From: Candidatus Obscuribacterales bacterium
GTDB lineage: Bacteria > Cyanobacteriota > Vampirovibrionia > Obscuribacterales > Obscuribacteraceae
NCBI GenBank assembly: GCA_965228855.1
Contig: CBDDIJ010000002.1
Location: 384,001-448,000 of the forward strand
DNA length: 64,000 bases
Direction of reading: 5' to 3'
Every line of letters starts with the position of its first letter. Within the stretch, counting starts at the first letter, position 1. The position numbers and the translations under genes are program-made. This document shows positions 59,726 to 64,000 of the stretch, piece after piece. The notes below the pieces were generated by a model. That model ran no database searches, was not told the DNA's origin, and saw only the letters and a program-made list of their open reading frames with translations.

Positions 59726-59972
59726 CTACTAAAGTATCTAGTTTCTAAAACAGTCCAAAAGCAGTCATGGCAGCTGGTTTCCACTTTCACGTCCGTCACT
59801 TGCTCCGCATTGGCGGCGTGGCGATGACGCTTTCGGCGAAATTCGTCAATGCCCGATAGACAAGATCTAGTTACAAGCATGCTCGATTGAACGGAGAAAA
59901 CCGGAAAGCATTAGCCCCACAGCTGCGCTGGACTCCGGCGGAGTTCGAAGCCCCCGCTATATTACCTAGTAG
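59726..59972. repeat. Composite palindromic element, locus 9 (core 59810-59863)
   Basis: TTGGCGGCGTGGCGATGACGCTTTCGGCGAAATTCGTCAATGCCCGATAGACAA; arms CTACTAAA 59726 and CCTAGTAG 59965. Confidence 0.8.
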
Positions 59973-59989
59973 AGATTTCGCAAGGTGAA

Positions 59990-60027
59990 AAGGTCGATGC
60001 CGTCTGGATATCCAGGGCATCGACCTT
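59990..60027 (-). terminator. Terminator after the fumC operon
   Basis: AAGGTCGATGCC...GGCATCGACCTT. Confidence 0.65.
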
Positions 60028-60051
60028 CCCGTCTGCAATCAAGCGCAGCCG

Positions 60052-60492
60052 TTACTTCGCCTGCACGGCTTCGAGGAGGCGCTGGAGATCATCGGCCGTG
60101 ACGAGCACGCCAGACGGTCCAGCGACTTCACCCTGCCCATAGACGAAGCAGAAACCAGGCTGCCTGAAGGCACCATGCGCGAACGCGATCGGCAGATTCT
60201 CGACGTGCGAGACGTTGACCGAAACCACTTTCACTTTGCCGGCGGTTTTCCAGGCGAAATCACGAACCTGCTGATTCTGCCGATCCGCCTCGGGAGACCT
60301 GTCGTTCTCCCGATAGAAATAGACGAGCACCGGACGAGAGTCCTTGACCTTGTCGACCTCCTGGTCCCAGGTGACGAGACTCACTTCCGTGACGGTACCA
60401 TGGACCTTGCGGAACTGATTGTCCTGGTAGAAGAAGAAGCCACCGAAAGCCACGGCGGCGGCAAGCACAGCGAATGTGAGAGGACGTTTCAT
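60052..60492 (-). CDS. Membrane-anchored thioredoxin-like protein lacking CxxC
   Basis: VTEVSLVTWDQEV..SRPVLVYFY..KVKVVSVNV; RENDRSPE where WCxxC is expected. Confidence 0.6.
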   Translation of the reverse strand: MKRPLTFAVLAAAVAFGGFFFYQDNQFRKVHGTVTEVSLVTWDQEVDKVKDSRPVLVYFYRENDRSPEADRQNQQVRDFAWKTAGKVKVVSVNVSHVENLPIAFAHGAFRQPGFCFVYGQGEVAGPSGVLVTADDLQRLLEAVQAK

Positions 60493-60520
60493 GTTTCTGT
60501 TCTCCGGGTAGTTTTCGACC

Positions 60521-61918
60521 CTAACGGGTCAACTTGAGGGGATCGAGCAGTCGCTTCAACTTCGCTTCGGGAATTTTGGTCTCCCGAAGAGCGACTACGA
60601 AAACTGTTTCTCCTGTCTTTGACGCAATCTTGGCGAGTCGCGCCGACTCGTCGTAACCGATTTCGGGCACCAGCGCCGTTACCAGCGCAAGCCCCTTTTC
60701 GACCAACTCGGGACCGCGAGTCGTTGCGGTTATTCCATCGACGCACTTCGCTGCAAAATTGTCGGTAGCATTCGCCAGAATCGAAATGGACTGCAAGAGA
60801 TTGTATGCCACCACGGGCAGCATCACACTCAACTCGAAGTTTTCCGACTGACCAGCAAAAGCGATTGATGCGTCGTTGCCGATCACCTGCACGACCACCT
60901 GACGAAGCGATTCGGCAATCACCGGATTGACCTTGCCGGGCATGATCGAACTGCCAGGCTGCACCTCCGGAATGCTGATCTCTCCAAATCCAGCGCGAGG
61001 TCCACTGCCCATCCAGCGTACATCGTCAGCTATTTTCATGAGGGCGACAGCGCAAACGCGCACCGCACCACTGACAGCGACGACATCATCGATGGTCGAT
61101 TGAGCTCGGAAGTGATTGCGTGCCTCTCGCACGGAGAAGCCGAAATCCTTCGAGAGCAGCTTGCAGACGCCGGGTGCGAACTGCGGATGAGCATTGAGAC
61201 CAGTACCGACAGCGGTGCCACCAAGAGCTACCCGAGAGAGAGAACGGCTTGTGGACTTCAGATGCTTAATAGCCTCGCCGACCTGAGCGGCGTACCCACC
61301 AAACACCTGACCGAGCGTGACCGGCGTGGCATCCTGAAGATGCGTGCGACCGGTTTTCACAACTGAGCGAAACTGTTTCGACTTCGTCTTCAGGCTCTTC
61401 TCGAGACGAGTCAGAGCCGGAATCAGTCGCGCCAGAATCAGTTCGTAGGCACTCAGGTGAATGGCTGTCGGAATCACATCGTTGGACGATTGACCGAGGT
61501 TGACGTGATCGTTGGGATGCACAAGATCGCGGCTATCGGCGTGACCGAGAATCTCGCGCGCGCGACGTGCCACCACCTCGTTGATGTTCATATTGGTCGA
61601 CGTACCGGAGCCGGTCTGGAACACATCCACGACCATGTCTCTGTCGAAACGCCCCACCAACACTTCTTCAAGCGCAAGCTCGATTGCCTCGGCGATCTCG
61701 TGGTCGAGGAGTCCCAAGCGGTAATTGGTTTTGCACGCCGCGAGCTTGATGCGCGCGAGCGTCCGGTTGAACTCCGCTTGCAATCGCAGATCGCTGATTG
61801 GGAAATTCTCGACTGCACGCTGCGTACTGGCACCGTAATAAGCATCTGCTGGAACCAGGACGGTCCCCATAGAATCGCGCTCTTCGCGCTTCCCTTGCGG
61901 GGTTGGATGTTCCTGCAT
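60521..61918 (-). CDS. fumC: Class II fumarate hydratase
   Basis: YGASTQRA, FQTGSGTSTNMN, HPNDHVNLGQSSND, GRTHLQDA, GSSIMPGKVNP. Confidence 0.9.
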   Translation of the reverse strand: MQEHPTPQGKREERDSMGTVLVPADAYYGASTQRAVENFPISDLRLQAEFNRTLARIKLAACKTNYRLGLLDHEIAEAIELALEEVLVGRFDRDMVVDVFQTGSGTSTNMNINEVVARRAREILGHADSRDLVHPNDHVNLGQSSNDVIPTAIHLSAYELILARLIPALTRLEKSLKTKSKQFRSVVKTGRTHLQDATPVTLGQVFGGYAAQVGEAIKHLKSTSRSLSRVALGGTAVGTGLNAHPQFAPGVCKLLSKDFGFSVREARNHFRAQSTIDDVVAVSGAVRVCAVALMKIADDVRWMGSGPRAGFGEISIPEVQPGSSIMPGKVNPVIAESLRQVVVQVIGNDASIAFAGQSENFELSVMLPVVAYNLLQSISILANATDNFAAKCVDGITATTRGPELVEKGLALVTALVPEIGYDESARLAKIASKTGETVFVVALRETKIPEAKLKRLLDPLKLTR

Positions 61919-62324
61919 CGGATTGTTTCTCCTGCTTCAGTTACAGGTTCGAACGGCACAGAGAGCGCTGAGCAGCAGCATCTCGATGCCGAACAAAAGA
62001 AGAGCTCTCGGGAACCAGCCTTAACAGCCGGTTCTCAGAGGATAAATTAGTCGCGGGATATGAATTTGGTTGGCAGTAAAGTTAAAACGTCAAAGAAAAG
62101 TGCACTAGAACTTAGCTCCTTCTATTGATGTAGATCAATGAAGCCCCGCTTGTCATGTGGTTAAACATTGACAAGGTCCGTCTTGATTCAACACGCATTC
62201 GCCGCGTGACATCGTCAATTGTTTGGTGAGAGGCAGGCCGCTAGGTTAATATCTAGAAACCGACAGGCACAGCTGCACCACCTCGCGAAGCCATGCTCAA
62301 CCTGTAGAAAGCTAGTCGACACCG

Positions 62325-63572
62325 ATGACAAAGGCAACCACCGAATCGAAGACTAAACGATATCGACTCAAGTCGATGGTACTGGCACGAATTCTTGCCG
62401 AAATATCAGTGCTATTGATACTTGTTACGCTTCCTGCGATTCTCGCCTTCACCGGTCATTTTCAGTCTTCGCCGATGACCGCGAAATTCTTAGTCCTCGC
62501 TCTGTCGCTCATATCGGGTCTCATTCTGCCGGCGTACGCGTTTATCACATTCATGGTCGCCGTCGATAAACACGGCGTCACTGCAATGTCTCTGGCAAAT
62601 CATCAGCGTTGCGAGTTCCATCAGATGAGACGATTATCGCGTCGCAGCAACTGGAACTGGGTTCGATATGTCGTCGAACATCAGCATGGGGAGTTGAGCT
62701 TCCCAATTTGGCTCGTCAATTGCGACGAACTCCTCGAGACTATAAAGAAACAGCTTCCAGCCGGAAACGGCTTACCAAACCCGTTTCGCAAGTTCTCGCA
62801 GGACAAGATCTCGTTGCTGTTCCAATGCATGCAGGCTTTGCTGGGAATCGGACTCGTGGTCGTATTCTGGATCTTTTTCAAAGAACTGACCGGAGAGAAA
62901 TTTACAAATCAAACAGATCTGGTAATCGTGCTCGGCTTCTGCGTGGTCATAACCCTGATATTTACCTGGCGCAGCATCGTCGTCTTTCTAATTCCTAAAA
63001 GCATCGAGCTCACGCCAAGCGGTATCATAATTGATACCATGGCTTTTTCGAGAAAAGTCGGCTGGCAAAATGTTTTGAGTTTAAAACCCGCTGTGCCACT
63101 TCTTCCTGAAGGCTTTATGCTGAAAACCGCACGAGGTTCATTTCTAATCGGAAATGGAATGGACGCTGCAGACGAATTGGTTTCGGCGATTCAAAGTAAA
63201 CTGCCACCAGATCCAAAACTGCTGACAGCGCCAGAAAGGTCCGCGGCCAAACCGGCACCACCAGCCCCTTTGAACCTGTCCGCGAACGAGCGGAACCAGA
63301 TAGACCTTTACGAAGAAACCTCATTAGAGGAATCAAGCGAGGAAACTTTGCTCGCTACAACCAGTGAAGAGGCACCCGAGAACGGCGATTCAGCCGATGA
63401 GACGAAAGCGGTTCAGGATACCGAAGTGACAACGGCTAGTACTGAACCGGAAGCGGCCGACTCCAATTCGAAAAAGTCACCCTCCGAAACCAGCAGCCCG
63501 AGCGAGAAAATAACGTCCGGCAAAAAAGCGGATCGCAAATTTCGAAAACGCAAAAACAAGAAGAAACCGTAA
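62325..63572 (+). CDS. Membrane protein with a duplicated 2TM + soluble domain and an acidic/basic tail
   Basis: Two pairs of TM helices, each followed by a beta-rich segment; Glu/Ser-rich tail. Confidence 0.7.
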   Translation: MTKATTESKTKRYRLKSMVLARILAEISVLLILVTLPAILAFTGHFQSSPMTAKFLVLALSLISGLILPAYAFITFMVAVDKHGVTAMSLANHQRCEFHQMRRLSRRSNWNWVRYVVEHQHGELSFPIWLVNCDELLETIKKQLPAGNGLPNPFRKFSQDKISLLFQCMQALLGIGLVVVFWIFFKELTGEKFTNQTDLVIVLGFCVVITLIFTWRSIVVFLIPKSIELTPSGIIIDTMAFSRKVGWQNVLSLKPAVPLLPEGFMLKTARGSFLIGNGMDAADELVSAIQSKLPPDPKLLTAPERSAAKPAPPAPLNLSANERNQIDLYEETSLEESSEETLLATTSEEAPENGDSADETKAVQDTEVTTASTEPEAADSNSKKSPSETSSPSEKITSGKKADRKFRKRKNKKKP

Positions 63573-63577
63573 TAGCG

Positions 63578-64000
63578 CTAGCGCCCGTTGTTTCCCTCGA
63601 AATACTGTTTAATCATCTTGCGGTGCAGGTCGAAACAAACATTGCTTGGTAACTCGTGTCTTTTAAACACCCCCACATCCGACGCATCATCTCCGGCTCG
63701 CATCTTGCCTCTGACCTTCTCGCCGGCAAGGTAAAACAAGATAATCACATTGATTCCACGCCCAGGAGAAAATGCTCCGAGGATTTGTTTGATGTCGACT
63801 TCCAATCCGGTCTCTTCCCGAACCTCTCTGGCAGCCGATTCTTCCGGGCTCTCTCTAGCTTCGATGAAGCCGCCGGGCAAACACCAATCGTTGACAAACG
63901 GCTCACAATTGCGCTTGACGAGAACCAGACCCCCATCTATGGGAATCAGCGTAGCGGTAACGGGCTTTGGATTGTCCCAGTGAACAAAATCGCAAGAATC
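63578..64000 (-). CDS. NUDIX hydrolase (5'-truncated by the window edge)
   Basis: CDFVHWDNPKP... then WCLPGGFIEARESPEESAAREVREETGL Nudix box. Confidence 0.92.
   Translation of the reverse strand, partial: DSCDFVHWDNPKPVTATLIPIDGGLVLVKRNCEPFVNDWCLPGGFIEARESPEESAAREVREETGLEVDIKQILGAFSPGRGINVIILFYLAGEKVRGKMRAGDDASDVGVFKRHELPSNVCFDLHRKMIKQYFEGNNGR

Noticed and set aside
1..64000. tRNA or rRNA genes
   Set aside because: No cloverleaf with a GTTCRA T-loop and acceptor stem, and no rRNA-like sequence recognised by eye; tRNAscan-SE would be decisive.

Overview
Bacterial chromosomal window, probably from a non-photosynthetic cyanobacterial relative (Melainabacteria/Obscuribacterales-like). This is inferred from BtpA, DUF4388 and MshEN-type repeat proteins, not proven. 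A backbone of moderate-GC housekeeping genes (tldD/tldE, proS, btpA, HDAC, dnaJ-like, nrdJ, wecB, acyl-CoA dehydrogenase, NUDIX) is interleaved with about nine visibly GC-richer blocks. These carry an SPFH pair, ftsH+rseP, an mxaCKLA-like vWA cluster with amidase+holin, a phosphoesterase/HAD triad, a phage-like small-gene run and fumC. The main discovery is non-coding. Nine intergenic loci hold 12 copies of a 54-bp imperfect palindrome (TTGTCTATC-N6-TGACGGATTTTCGAAAATCCGTCA-N6-GATAGACAA). The copies are flanked by inward-facing CTACTATA...TATAGTAG motifs at distances from the centre that cluster at about 101, 111-116, 123-126 and 133-136 bp, an ~11-bp helical phasing. Every GC-rich block has one of these elements at its 3' end, usually 14-19 nt beyond a terminator-like hairpin. 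No integrase, transposase, CRISPR array, tRNA or rRNA gene was recognised. All alignments and distances were made by eye.
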